Positions 22,966-36,532 of a stretch of DNA of 55,373 nt are shown here, piece by piece (the stretch's first letter is position 1; each line of letters opens with the position of its first letter). Source of the stretch: Callorhinchus milii (lineage: Eukaryota). Below the pieces are notes generated by a model. It was not told the origin of the DNA. It was given only the letters and a program-made list of their open reading frames with translations, and ran no database searches. The position numbers and the translations under genes were made by a program. The stretch lies in contig NW_024705308.1 in assembly GCF_018977255.1 (NCBI RefSeq), forward strand, positions 1 to 55,373, read 5' to 3'.

Positions 22966-25900
22966 ACACTGCACCATAGACTCAACACTGCCCATAGACT
23001 CAACACTGCACCATAGACTCAACACTGCCCATAGACTCAACACTGCCCATAGACTCAACACTGCCCATAGACTCAACACTGCACCATAGACTCAACACTG
23101 CACCATAGACTCAACACTGCCCATAGACTCAACACTGCCCATAGACTCAACACTGCCCATAGACTCAACACTGCCCATAGACTCAACACTGCCCATAGAC
23201 TCAACACTGCACCATAGACTCAACACTGCCCATAGACTCAACACTGCCCATAGACTCAACACTGCCCATAGACTCAACACTGCCCATCGACTCAACACTA
23301 CCCATAGACTCAACACTGCCCATAGACTCAACACTGCCCATAGACTCAACACTGCCCATAGACTCAACACTGCCCATAGACTCAACACTGCCCATAGACT
23401 CAACACTGCCCATAGACTCAACACTGCCCATAGACTCAACACTGCCCATAGACTCAACACTGCCCATAGACTCAACACTGTGCACCATAGACTCAACACT
23501 GCCCATAGACTCAACACTGCCCATAGACTCAACACTGCACCATAGACTCAACACTGCACCATAGACTCAACACTGCCCATAGACTCAACACTGCACCATA
23601 GACTCAACACTGCCCATAGACTCAACACTACCATAGACTCAACACTGCACCATAGACTCAACACTGCCCATAGACTCAACACTGCCCCATAGACTCAACA
23701 CTGCACCATAGACTCAACACTGCCCATAGACTCAACACTGCACCATAGACTCAACACTGCCCCATAGACTCAACACTGCCCATAGACTCAACACTGCACC
23801 ATAGACTCAACACTGCCCATAGACTCAACACTGCACCATAGACTCAACACTGCCCATAGACTCAACACTACCATAGACTCAACACTGCCCATAGACTCAA
23901 CACTGCCCATAGACTCAAACCATAGACTCAACACTGCCCATAGACTCAACACTGCCCATAGACTCAACACTGCCCATAGACTCAACACTGCCCATAGACT
24001 CAACACTGCCCATAGACTCAACACTGCCATAGACTCAACACTGCCCATAGACTCAACACTGCCCATAGACTCAACACTACCATAGACTCAACACTGACCA
24101 TAGACTCAACACTGCCCATAGACTCAACACTGCCCATAGACTCAACACTGCCCATAGACTCAACACTGCCCATAGACTCAACACTGCCCATAGACTCAAC
24201 ACTGCCCATAGACTCAACACTGCCCATAGACTCAACACTGCCCATAGACTCAACACTGCCCATAGACTCAACACTGCCCATAGACTCAACACTGCCCATA
24301 GACTCAACACTGCCCATAGACTCAACACTGCCCATAGACTCAACACTGCCCATAGACTCAACACTGCCCATAGACTCAACACTGCCCATAGACTCAACAC
24401 TGCCCATAGACTCAACACTGCCCATAGACTCAACACTGCCCATAGACTCAACACTGCCCATAGACTCAACACTGCCCATAGACTCAACACTGCCCATAGA
24501 CTCAACACTGCCCATAGACTCAACACTGCCCATAGACTCAACACTGCCCATAGACTCAACACTGCCCATAGACTCAACACTGCCCATAGACTCAACACTG
24601 CCCATAGACTCAACACTGCCCATAGACTCAACACTGCCCATAGACTCAACACTACCCATAGACTCAACACTGCCCATAGACTCAACACTGCCCATAGACT
24701 CAACACTGCCCATAGACTCAACACTGCCCATAGACTCAACACTGCCCATAGACTCAACACTGCCCATAGACTCAACACTGCCCATAGACTCAACACTGCC
24801 CATAGACTCAACACTGCCCATAGACTCAACACTGCCCATAGACTCAACACTGCCCATAGACTCAACACTGCCCATAGACTCAACACTGCCCATAGACTCA
24901 ACACTGCCCATAGACTCAACACTGCCCATAGACTCAGCACTGCCCATAGACTCAACACTGCCCATAGACTCAACACTGCCCATAGACTCAACACTGCCCA
25001 TAGACTCAACACTGCCCATAGACTCAACACTGCCCATAGACTCAACACTACCATAGACTCAACACTGCCCATAGACTCAACACTGCCCATAGACTCAACA
25101 CTGCCCATAGACTCAACACTGCCCATAGACTCAACACTGCCCATAGACTCAACACTGCCCATAGACTCAACACTGCCCATAGACTCAACACTGCCCATAG
25201 ACTCAACACTGCCCATAGACTCAACACTGCCCATAGACTCAACACTGCCCATAGACTCAACACTGCCCATAGACTCAACACTGCCCATAGACTCAACACT
25301 GCCCATAGACTCAACACTGCCCATAGACTCAACACTGCCCATAGACTCAACACTGCCCATAGACTCAACACTGCCCATAGACTCAACACTGCCCATAGAC
25401 TCAACACTGCCCATAGACTCAACACTGCCCATAGACTCAACACTGCCCATAGACTCAACACTGCCCATAGACTCAACACTGCCCATAGACTCAACACTGC
25501 CCATAGACTCAACACTGCCCATAGACTCAACACTGCCCATAGACTCAACACTGCCCATAGACTCAACACTGCCCATAGACTCAACACTGCCCATAGACTC
25601 AACACTGCCCATAGACTCAACACTGCCCATAGACTCAACACTGCCCATAGACTCAACACTGCCCATAGACTCAACACTGCCCATAGACTCAACACTGCCC
25701 ATAGACTCAACACTGCCATAGACTCAACACTGCCCATAGACTCAACACTGCCCATAGACTCAACACTGCCCATAGACTCAACACTGCCCATAGACTCAAC
25801 ACTGCCCATAGACTCAACACTGCCCATAGACTCAACACTGCCCATAGACTCAACACTACCATAGACTCAACACTGCCCATAGACTCAACACTGCCCATAG

Positions 25901-28900
25901 ACTCAACACTGCCCATAGACTCAACACTGCCCATAGACTCAACACTGCCCATAGACTCAACACTGCCCATAGACTCAACACTACCCATAGACTCAACACT
26001 GCCCATAGACTCAACACTGCCCATAGACTCAACACTGCCCATAGACTCAACACTGCCCATAGACTCAACACTGCCCATAGACTCAACACTGCCCATAGAC
26101 TCAACACTGCCCATAGACTCAACACTGCCCATAGACTCAACACTGACCATAGACTCAACACTGCCCATAGACTCAACACTCCCCATAGACTCAACACTGC
26201 CCATAGACTCAACACTGCCCATAGACTCAACACTGCCCATAGACTCAACACTGCCCATAGACTCAACACTGCCCATAGACTCAACACTCCCCATAGACTC
26301 AACACTGCCCATAGACTCAACACTGCCCATAGACTCAACACTGCCCATAGACTCAACACTGCCCATAGACTCAACACTGCCCATAGACTCAACACTGCCC
26401 TAGACTCAACACTGCCCATAGACTCAACACTGCCCATAGACTCAACACTGCCCATAGACTCAACACTGCCCATAGACTCAACACTGCCCATAGACTCAAC
26501 ACTGCCCATAGACTCAACACTGCCCATAGACTCAACACTGCCCATAGACTCAACACTACCATAGACTCAACACTGACCATAGACTCAACACTGCCCATAG
26601 ACTCAACACTGCCCATAGACTCAACACTGCCCATAGACTCAACACTGCCCATAGACTCAACACTGCCATAGACTCAACACTGCCCATAGACTCAACACTG
26701 CCCATAGACTCAACACTGCCCATAGACTCAACACTGCCCATAGACTCAACACTGCCCATAGACTCAACACTGCCCATAGACTCAACACTGCCCATAGACT
26801 CAACACTGCCCATAGACTCAACACTGCCCATAGACTCAACACTGCCCATAGACTCAACACTGCCCATAGACTCAACACTGCCCATAGACTCAACACTGCC
26901 CATAGACTCAACACTGCCCATAGACTCAACACTGCACCATAGACTCAACACTGCCCATAGACTCAACACTGCCCATAGACTCAACACTGCCCATAGACTC
27001 AACACTGCCCATAGACTCAACACTGCCCATAGACTCAACACTGCCCATAGACTCAACACTGCCCATAGACTCAACACTGCCCATAGACTCAACACTGCCC
27101 ATAGACTCAACACTGCCCATAGACTCAACACTGCCCATAGACTCAACACTGCCCATAGACTCAACACTGCCCATAGACTCAACACTGCCCATAGACTCAA
27201 CACTGCCCATAGACTCAACACTGCCCATAGACTCAACACTGCCCATAGACTCAACACTGCCCATAGACTCAACACTGCCCATAGACTCAACACTGCCCAT
27301 AGACTCAACACTGCCCATAGACTCAACACTACCCATAGACTCAACACTGCCCATAGACTCAACACTGCCCATAGACTCAACACTGCCCATAGACTCAACA
27401 CTGCCCATAGACTCAACACTGCCCATAGACTCAACACTGCCCATAGACTCAACACTGCCCATAGACTCAACACTGCCCATAGACTCAACACTGCACCATA
27501 GACTCAACACTGCCCATAGACTCAACACTGCCCATAGACTCAGCACTGCCCATAGACTCAACACTGCCCATAGACTCAACACTGCCCATAGACTCAACAC
27601 TGCCCATAGACTCAACACTGCCCATAGACTCAACACTCCCCATAGACTCAACACTGCCCATAGACTCAACACTGCCCATAGACTCAACACTGCCCATAGA
27701 CTCAACACTGCCCATAGACTCAACACTGCACCATAGACTCAACACTGCCCATAGACTCAACACTGCCCATAGACTCAACACTGCCCATAGACTCAACACT
27801 GCCCATAGACTCAACACTGCCCATAGACTCAACACTGCCATAGACTCAACACTGCCATAGACTCAACACTACCCATAGACTCAACACTGCCCATAGACTC
27901 AACACTACCATAGACTCAACACTGCCCATAGACTCAACACTGCCCATAGACTCAACACTGCCCATAGACTCAGCCCCATAGACTCAACACTGCCCATAGA
28001 CTCAACACTGACCATAGACTCAACACTGCCCATAGACTCAACACTGCCCATAGACTCAACACTGCCCATAGACTCAACACTGCACCATAGACTCAACACT
28101 GCCCATAGACTCAACACTGCCCATAGACTCAACACTGCCCATAGACTCAACACTGCCCATAGACTCAACACTGCACCATAGACTCAACACTGCCCATAGA
28201 CTCAACACTGCCCATAGACTCAACACTGCACCATAGACTCAACACTGCCCATAGACTCAACACTGCACCATAGACTCAACACTGCCCATAGACTCAACAC
28301 TGCCCATAGACTCAACACTGCACCATAGACTCAACACTGCACCATAGACTCAACACTGCCCATAGACTCAACACTGCACCATAGACTCAACACTGCCCAT
28401 AGACTCAACACTGCCCATAGACTCAACACTGCACCATAGACTCAACACTGCCCATAGACTCAACACTGCCCATAGACTCAACACTGCCCATAGACTCAAC
28501 ACTGCCCATAGACTCAACACTGCCCATAGACTCAACACTGCCCATAGACTCAACACTGCCCATAGACTCAACACTGCCCATAGACTCAACACTGCCCATA
28601 GACTCAACACTGCCCATAGACTCAACACTGCCCATAGACTCAACACTGCCCATAGACTCAACACTGCCCATAGACTCAACACTGCCCATAGACTCAACAC
28701 TGCCCATAGACTCAACACTGCCCATAGACTCAACACTGCCCATAGACTCAACACTGCCCATAGACTCAACACTACCCATAGACTCAACACTGCCCATAGA
28801 CTCAACACTGCCCATAGACTCAACACTGCCCATAGACTCAACACTGCCCATAGACTCAACACTGCCCATAGACTCAACACTGCCCATAGACTCAACACTG

Positions 28901-30019
28901 CCCATAGACTCAACACTGCCCATAGACTCAACACTGCACCATAGACTCAACACTGCCCATAGACTCAGCCCCATAGACTCAACACTGCCCATAGACTCAA
29001 CACTGCCCATAGACTCAACACTGCCCATAGACTCAACACTGCCCATAGACTCAACACTGCCCATAGACTCAGCCCCATAGACTCAACACTGCCCATAGAC
29101 TCAACACTGCCCATAGACTCAACACTGCCCATAGACTCAACACTGCCCATAGACTCAACACTCCCCATAGACTCAACACTGCCCATAGACTCAACACTGC
29201 CCATAGACTCAACACTGCCCATAGACTCAACACTGCCCATAGACTCAACACTGCCCATAGACTCAACACTGCCCATAGACTCAACACTGTGCACCATAGA
29301 CTCAACACTGCCCATAGACTCAACACTGCCCATAGACTCAACACTACCCATAGACTCAACACTGTGCACCATAGACTCAACACTGCCCATAGACTCAACA
29401 CTGCCCATAGACTCAACACTGCACCATAGACTCAACACTGCACCATAGACTCAACACTGCCCATAGACTCAACACTGCACCATAGACTCAACACTGCCCA
29501 TAGACTCAACACTGCCCATAGACTCAACACTGCACCATAGACTCAACACTGCCCATAGACTCAACACTGCCCCATAGACTCAACACTGCACCATAGACTC
29601 AACACTGCCCATAGACTCAACACTGCACCATAGACTCAACACTGCCCCATAGACTCAACACTGCCCATAGACTCAACACTGCACCATAGACTCAACACTG
29701 CCACCATAGACTCAACACTGCCCATAGACTCAACACTGCACCATAGACTCAACACTGCCCATAGACTCAACACTGCCCATAGACTCAACACTGCACCATA
29801 GACTCAACACTGCCCATAGACTCAACACTGCCCATAGACTCAACACTGCCCATAGACTCAACACTGCCATAGACTCAACACTGCCCATAGACTCAACACT
29901 GCCCATAGACTCAACACTGCCCATAGACTCAACACTGCCCATAGACTCAACACTGCCCATAGACTCAACACTGCCCATAGACTCAACACTGCCCATAGAC
30001 TCAACACTGCCCATAGACT
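22966..30019. repeat. 18-bp satellite CCCATAGACTCAACACTG, left block (~390 units)
   Basis: Near-perfect tandem units with occasional 17-, 19- and 21-bp variants. Confidence 0.98.
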
Positions 30020-30844
30020 TGTAAAGTAGTAACTCGGCAGGAGACGACTTCACGGGTCGCACACTCTTTATTTTCACCAACTTGTAGTTACACGGATGAC
30101 TAACACCCTACTTCGTTACACGGGTGACCAACACCCACTTAGCTACACGGGTGACGGACACCCACTCAGCTACGACTTCGTTACACGGGTGACCAACACC
30201 CACTTAGCTACACGGGTGACGGACACCCACTCAGCTACGACTTCGTTACACGGGTGACCAACACCCACTTAGCTACACGGGTGACACACCCACTCAGCTA
30301 CACGGGTGACACACCCACTCAGCTACACGGGTGACTAACACCCACTCAGCTACACGGGTGACTAACACCCACTCAGCTACACGGGTGACTAACACCCACT
30401 CAGCTACACGGGCGACTAACACCCACTCAGCTGTACTGACACGGGCTCTTACGCCCCGTTGCCGTCCGGGACACACCCAGCCGGGGTGCCCGTCTCGGCT
30501 CTGGGTACCACCGTCCCGACCCACACGGGCGTCGGACTACGGTCCCCCCAGTCTCGGCTCCGAGCCACACAGGGCCCCTATCTCCTCCACCCCGTCTTCG
30601 GTCTTCAACTGGTTAACACTGACCACGAGTGCTCTCGCGCGTCCCCCTTTATACCCCTCCTGCGGACGTCGCTGAGAGTACCCACTTATCTGACCAATCA
30701 CTGCGCACTCGCTACGATCCTCTCTTCCCAGCTTGTGTGAGCGCGCCTCACCACCGGCGCGCGCGTCCATGCCACGCCCACACTGCGTTCCCAACCCCGC
30801 GCCCCGTGATCTCACTGCCGGCGCACGTCAATACCACCACTACA
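30020..30844 (-). repeat. 3' LTR (825 bp)
   Basis: Direct repeat of 36533-37361. On the minus strand it is preceded by the PPT GGTAGGGGGTGA (30845-30856). AATAAA lies on the minus strand near 30067. Confidence 0.95.
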
Positions 30845-33141
30845 TCACCCCCTACCACATAGCTCGCAGCCGACCCGGCTGCTAATAAACCATACAACAC
30901 CCCTTCACTCCCATGTGTGCCCCGTAACATAACACAACATGAACACCGCAATCCGCAAAACCCAGCAACCGCCCCACCCGCAACAAGAACAACATGCACA
31001 ATCCGGCGAGTGGCAACGATACTGTGTATGCGGAAAGAGTAACAATAAAAAAAAATTTCTTTAATCATTTTCTCTTCTTTTCTCTCCGACTCATGCAATG
31101 TCCCAATGTCCGAGCGTCCCTTGAACGGGACATTACCCCGGCAGAGGGGGAAGCCGGCAACGAAGTCGGGCTTTAACAAAAAAAGAATATATTTTTTTTT
31201 TTTTTCATGAAAAGTGTTGCGTCCTTGATCGAGTCCGCCTTGCCGGACCGTCGTACGGCACAGGACGCAGTTGGCCATCCGGCAGCGCCGGCAGTTCAGG
31301 AAGGCATGGGCCAGGCATCGGGGCTCCGTGCGAGCCCGGGGTTCCGGTTCCCGACGGTCAACAGCCGTCAGGTCCGAGACACCTGGGGGTGGGTCAGGTG
31401 GAGACACGTGAGGATCAGCCTGCGACACATCCCTCCCCGAGTCGACGGTCACATCCCACGCTCGGTCGTCACGGCACAACCCGGGGTCACGCGGCGCCGC
31501 GTAGGGTTTCAGTCGGGAGGGGTGCACGTACCAACGGCGTTTTCCCCATTTAATCTGTATACTCTGGGGTCGTGCAACCCGCACAATTTCCACCGGTCCC
31601 CTCCATGGTCTCAACAGTTTGGGGGACGTAGCCAACGGTGCGTGTGGACAATGCAGCCAGGCCTTATCGCCCGGTTCCCAATTGTGCGTATGCACCTTCC
31701 GTTCATGCAATCGCTCGTTCGCGATCTGCCGAGAGCGTGAATTCAATCTCGCAGCCTCTCGCGCCTCAGCCAATTTGGCGATGTTAAACTTAATGTGGTC
31801 TGCCAATTTAGATTTTGCACGTGGCTGTGAAATCCCCAGTTGGACGTCCATGGCCGGATCAGCCTCCCGCCCATACATCAGAAAAAATGGAGAAAACCCC
31901 GTCGCCGCATGGGGTGCCATCCGATAGGCCGCTAGTACCCCCGGTACCTGTAAGTCCCAATCCACCTGGTCGTCGCATACCTGTTGGCACAGCATAGACG
32001 TAATCGTCCTGTTCAGACGTTCAACCATACCGTCAGTCTGCGGGTGGTACGGGGAGGTACGTACTTTCTTTGTACCCAACAGGTCGCACACCTCGCGCAA
32101 CAAAACACTCGAAAAGTTTTTCCCTTGATCCGTGAGCAAGCGTTCGGGGGCGCCTTTGTCCAAAACGTAACCTTGGACAAAGGCGTCCGCCACCGCCGCA
32201 GCCGACTGGTTGGCGAGTGGCCACGCCATGGGCCAGCGGGTGAAGTACTCTACGCCAACCAGCAGGAACTTATTTCCCCGAGGTGTGGTGGGAAAGGGCC
32301 CCAAGATGTCTAGCGCGACCAATTCGTTCGTGCGCGAAACTTGAATGGATTGAAGCGGTGGATTAGCCGCTATTGGTGGCGGTTTTCTTTTAGCGCACCC
32401 TACACACCCCTTAAGAATGTTCGCCACGTCACTGCCCATCCCAGGCCAATAGTAGTCTCGCTGAATGAGGGCGAGCGTTTTGTGAAACCCCAGGTGCATG
32501 AGTCGTTCATGGGCAGCCAGGACGACTTTACCCCGTACAGCAACCGGCACCACAAGCACGTGACGCCGGGACATGGAGTCCCACTTCATCAAGAGGCCCT
32601 GTCTGCACACCCAGGAACCGACCCGCGTTTCCCCGCCCTCGGGAACGTTAACCTTCCGACGTAGCGCGAGTAGGGAGCTGTCGGCCATTTGCAGACGGCC
32701 CCACTCGATGAGAGGCAATGCTAACAGCGAGTCCCTCCCCGTGGGGGCGTCGACCCCCGTCGTATCCGTGGCGGCTAGCACCACTTCCGCGGGAACATCG
32801 ACAGAAGGTTTACACCGCGCCGATCCCAACTGACATGCGCATTCCGTACGCGTCGGCAACCGTGACAATGCATCCGCATTCGAGTGGCGCAACCCCTTGC
32901 GGTAAATCGTCGTGAATTGGTAGTCCTGAAGGACCTCCAACCATCGGGACAATTGGCCGGATGGCTGCGCCACCCGCATAGCGTATTGGAGAGCCGCATG
33001 GTCCGTGCGAACCGTAAAGTGACGGCCATACAGATACGGCCTGAATTGCTGTATAAAAAACACGATCGCCAGCAATTCACGCCGTGTCACACAGTAGCGT
33101 TGTTCCGCGGGGGACAGAACCCTGCTACCGTAGGCGACCAC
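30748..33141 (-). CDS. pol: Pol C-terminal part: RNase H end plus integrase (HHCC, DDE, GPY/F-like); the ORF reads through into the LTR
   Basis: YGSRVLSPAEQRYCVTRRELLAI, TDHAAL, NADALSR; H..HLG..CVGC; LDILGP, TDQG, ERLNRT; WRGPVEI..VHPSRLKPY. Confidence 0.9.
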   Translation of the reverse strand: MVAYGSRVLSPAEQRYCVTRRELLAIVFFIQQFRPYLYGRHFTVRTDHAALQYAMRVAQPSGQLSRWLEVLQDYQFTTIYRKGLRHSNADALSRLPTRTECACQLGSARCKPSVDVPAEVVLAATDTTGVDAPTGRDSLLALPLIEWGRLQMADSSLLALRRKVNVPEGGETRVGSWVCRQGLLMKWDSMSRRHVLVVPVAVRGKVVLAAHERLMHLGFHKTLALIQRDYYWPGMGSDVANILKGCVGCAKRKPPPIAANPPLQSIQVSRTNELVALDILGPFPTTPRGNKFLLVGVEYFTRWPMAWPLANQSAAAVADAFVQGYVLDKGAPERLLTDQGKNFSSVLLREVCDLLGTKKVRTSPYHPQTDGMVERLNRTITSMLCQQVCDDQVDWDLQVPGVLAAYRMAPHAATGFSPFFLMYGREADPAMDVQLGISQPRAKSKLADHIKFNIAKLAEAREAARLNSRSRQIANERLHERKVHTHNWEPGDKAWLHCPHAPLATSPKLLRPWRGPVEIVRVARPQSIQIKWGKRRWYVHPSRLKPYAAPRDPGLCRDDRAWDVTVDSGRDVSQADPHVSPPDPPPGVSDLTAVDRREPEPRARTEPRCLAHAFLNCRRCRMANCVLCRTTVRQGGLDQGRNTFHEKKKKYILFLLKPDFVAGFPLCRGNVPFKGRSDIGTLHESERKEEKMIKEIFFYCYSFRIHSIVATRRIVHVVLVAGGAVAGFCGLRCSCCVMLRGTHGSEGVLYGLLAAGSAASYVVGGDVVVVLTCAGSEITGRGVGNAVWAWHGRARRW

Positions 33142-33396
33142 CCGTTCGACCCCCCGACCACCTGTGAGAGCACTCCCCCGATACCCGTGTTACTGGCATC
33201 CGTGTCGAGCACAAACGGTTGCGTGAAATCGGGGTAACACAAGGGGGGAGCCTGCACCAAGGCGTCACGAGGGAGCAGAACGCGGCCTCCTCCTCCGGCC
33301 CCCAGTGAAACCGCACCCCTTTAGCCGTCAAGGCGTGCAGGGGCCTGGCTATGGTGGCAAACTGTTTGACAAAACGACGGTAATAGGAGGCAAATC

Positions 33397-34410
33397 CTAT
33401 GAAGCTGCGGACTTCAGTAACAGAGGTCGGTGTTGGCCATGAGCCGACGCATTCGTCTTAGCAGGGTCCGTCGAGATCCCCGAACGGCTAACGATATGGC
33501 CCAAATACCTGACCGATTCCCGAAGCAGAAAACATTTAGCCGGTTTAAATTTAAGCTTCGCGGAACGCATCCTGAGAAACACTGCCCTCAGTCGCTGGAG
33601 GTGCTCCTCAAAAGTTCGGCTGAAAACGATGATATCGTCGAGGTAAATCAAACAGGTGTCCCATTGAAGGCCTGACAAAACCAATTCCATGAGCCTCTGG
33701 AACGTGGCAGGAGCGGAATGTAAACCCATGGGCAATCGGTTGAACTCAAATAGGCCTCCCGGTGTCCGGAAAGCGGTTTTAGGTTTTGATTCGTCATCGA
33801 GGGGCAATTGCCAAAATCCCGAAAGCAAATCGAGCGTCGAAAAAAACTGTGCTCCTGCCAAGGCATCCAGCGACTCATCCATCCTGGGGAGCGGATACGC
33901 ATCGGCCATTGATATTTTGTTTAGGCGGCGGAAATCAACACAGAACCGCAGGGATCCATCCTGTTTTTTAACCAAGACGATAGGAGCACCCCACGGACTG
34001 GAAGAGGGCGCAATGATGTCGGCCGCCAACATGTCATTTACTGCTGACTGCACATGCTCCTTCTCGGCTGGACTGAGCCGGAAGGGATTCTGTCGAATAG
34101 GGGCCGCGTCCCCAGTCTCTATGTGGTGGCGCAACAGGTCTGTGCAGCCAATGTCGTACTTGTGCCTGCTAAACACGTCAGCGAACTCGAGCAGCAAGCC
34201 CCTCAATGCACCCCTCTGCACACTGGACAAGGTACTGGACCCGGCACACAACGAGTCCAACCACTCCGTCCCCTCCTCACTTTGGGGATGCGTATCGACA
34301 TGCGAATCGGCGTGAGCAACGAGCTGTTCCTCGACGGGCAGCGGCGCGGCGTGAGCGAGCACCGTTCCCTGCGTAATCACGGCCGGCCGCGACCCCGTAT
34401 TCAGGACCAC
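33397..34410 (-). CDS. pol: Pol reverse transcriptase segment (frameshifted at both ends)
   Basis: SPWGAPIVLVKK, RFCVDFRRLN, LDLLSGFWQ, PMGLHSAPATFQR, YLDDII, YLGHIV. Confidence 0.93.
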   Translation of the reverse strand: MVLNTGSRPAVITQGTVLAHAAPLPVEEQLVAHADSHVDTHPQSEEGTEWLDSLCAGSSTLSSVQRGALRGLLLEFADVFSRHKYDIGCTDLLRHHIETGDAAPIRQNPFRLSPAEKEHVQSAVNDMLAADIIAPSSSPWGAPIVLVKKQDGSLRFCVDFRRLNKISMADAYPLPRMDESLDALAGAQFFSTLDLLSGFWQLPLDDESKPKTAFRTPGGLFEFNRLPMGLHSAPATFQRLMELVLSGLQWDTCLIYLDDIIVFSRTFEEHLQRLRAVFLRMRSAKLKFKPAKCFLLRESVRYLGHIVSRSGISTDPAKTNASAHGQHRPLLLKSAAS

Positions 34411-35100
34411 AACGAACGGCTCACTGTCCCCCTCACCATGGTCTGGGCCACCGCTAAGTCGAGGTCCCCTTTAGCCCTGTTAGACGGCCCCAATAGAACT
34501 CCCTGCGCCCCCGCATCCGCCCCAAGGGGTTTTCTCAACCGAAGGGGCACCAACATTTGCGATCCCGGGGGCACCCGTACAGTCCGGGTTGCCAGCGCCT
34601 GCACCGTCGCACAAGCCGTGCGTATCTTATTTGGACTCTTCAAAAACTCAACCCGCCGACCCGATGGAAGCTCAATGCAGGCCTGGTCTATGAGAATTTT
34701 TATGGGCATCTTAGACAGAAAATCCGTGCCTAGTAAACAAGGAACGGCCAACGATGATGATACAAAAATAGGACCCGCCAATTTAATGTCGCCAATACAA
34801 ATATTCGCCCGAATCTGGCCGATGATTCCCAAAGATCCCCCGTTTGCCGCGTAAAACGGTACGTCCACCGGCAGAAGTGGTCGACATTGTACGGGAAGAA
34901 TATTATAAATCAGGTCCGAAATAATAGTGGCCGACGCACCCGTGTCCACGAGCACCCGGACCTCAACCCCGTCAATGTACCCCGTTACCACGGACGACCC
35001 GGCCGACGCAGCCACAATCCTGTGGGCTAATTCGGACCACTCGACTGCCTTCGGGCCGTACGCGGACCCCTCTCGCCGAACCGAACCCCCGGCGCCCATA
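34401..35100 (-). CDS. pol: Pol aspartic protease segment
   Basis: VLVDTGASATII ... CLLGTDFL, within ORF 34401-35372. Confidence 0.88.
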
Positions 35101-36497
35101 CCGGTTCCCCCACCGCTAAGCGGCGACCCGAATGTGCCGTGCTTGTGGACCGAACGTGTGAGGTGCCGCGACTTGCCGGGTTCAGTTGGGATGTCTTGAG
35201 TCCCTGGGCGTCGTCCGGACGTGGTCCCGCGGTGCGTTGACGCGGGGCCCGGCATCCCGACGCGACGTGGCCCCGAAGGCCGCAGTTGTAGCAGACGACG
35301 AGGGACGTCGTGGGTTTCGGTTGCTCCAGCTTGCGGGAGGAGCGTGTGGGCGAACGACCGCCCGTTCTCCACTCCCCCGGCCTCGAACCCGCGAAGGCCT
35401 CCTCCCGAGGCACAGCAGGCTGAGGTCCGATGATCGTGGCGGCCGGTGCCCCGTTCTCCACCGATGCGCAGACGACCGTCGGCTTCCGCTGTAGGACCTC
35501 GTAAGCGTGGATACTCGTGGCAATCCCCAGGGAGCAGATGTCCATCTCGTCCGCCGTATTAATGGGAACTCCCAATCCGTGAGCCAGCGCCAGCAGCTGC
35601 TCCGTCACCATGGCGTCCTTCCCCTCCTTGTCCATACGGGGAAAAGCTGAATCTGCCAGGGCGAGCAGCGCCGTGCGATAGGCGAGCGTTGTTTCTCCAA
35701 CCACCTTCCGCCGATCGTAGAACTGGTGGCGACAGGTCGAGGGCGGCCCGAACACCTTGGCCAACAGGTGCAGCGCGGCCTGGAGCGTTGAGCGGGACGA
35801 CCTCGGGGCAGACGTGAAGGCCGCAAGCGCGTCGTCGTCGAGCATCGCTGGCAGCGCGCGCAGGGCAGTGGTGTCGGACCACCCCGACATTTCTTGATGC
35901 GCGATGAACCGTCGCTGGAAGGCTCCCCAGTCGCCCCCGTCCGCCTTGAACACCGACAGCGCGGGCAATCGTTGCTGGAGAACTCGATCGTCGTCGTCGT
36001 CGTTGGAGCGATTTTCCCGCGCGCCGCTGTGGTTGTAGAAAATGTCGGCTCCCTCTGCAGGCGCAAAATGGAGAGCTCCGGCGCTCGCCGATGACGCGGG
36101 CTGCGCTGTGTGGAGACCTCTGGCCACGTGGTGTCCTCGTTTCCCGCCAAGCGGAGTCGGGCCCTCAAAAATGGCGCCAACTCCCAAACTTTTGGCGCGA
36201 AACGCCGTTATGGCGGGAACCCTCCAGCCGCGCCGCCTCTTCCAACCCCGCAGGCGTTCCTCCGGCCGCTGGAACGGAGATCTCCGCCAAGATTGCAGCG
36301 GCGGCGAGCAGCAACTCCGCCAGGCGGGAATGTGCGTCCTGCAGGCTGGTGTCGGAGGCGGGCGGAGCATCGGCCATTTCCGCGAAGTGCTGCATCGGCG
36401 GCAACTCCTCGTCCTCTCCTCCCGAGGGTGGTGTCACCGGTACGTCGTCGTCTCCCCGGTCTTGCACGTGGGAACGAGAAGTCTTCCTTGTGTCCAT
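35027..36497 (-). CDS. gag: Gag with CCHC zinc knuckle; probable start ATG at 36497 and a frameshift near 36200
   Basis: CYNCGLRGHVASGC knuckle and capsid-like DWGAFQRRF..GWSD in ORF 35027-36370. The ORF 36165-36497 starts just after the PBS. Confidence 0.82.
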
Positions 36498-36517
36498 TTC
36501 TCCTTGAAGACAGGTTT

Positions 36518-36530
36518 ACTTCTGACGCCA
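36518..36530 (-). promoter_or_regulatory. Primer-binding site, tRNA-Leu type
   Basis: TGGCGTCAGAAGT lies 2 nt after the 5' LTR. It matches the complement of the tRNA-Leu(CAA) 3' end (TGGTGTCAGAAGT) at 12 of 13 positions. Confidence 0.8.
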
Positions 36531-36532
36531 GT

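Noticed and set aside
30748..31200. env-like hydrophobic extension of pol
   Set aside because: This is readthrough across A/T tracts into the PPT and LTR, with no signal peptide, furin site or separate ORF.
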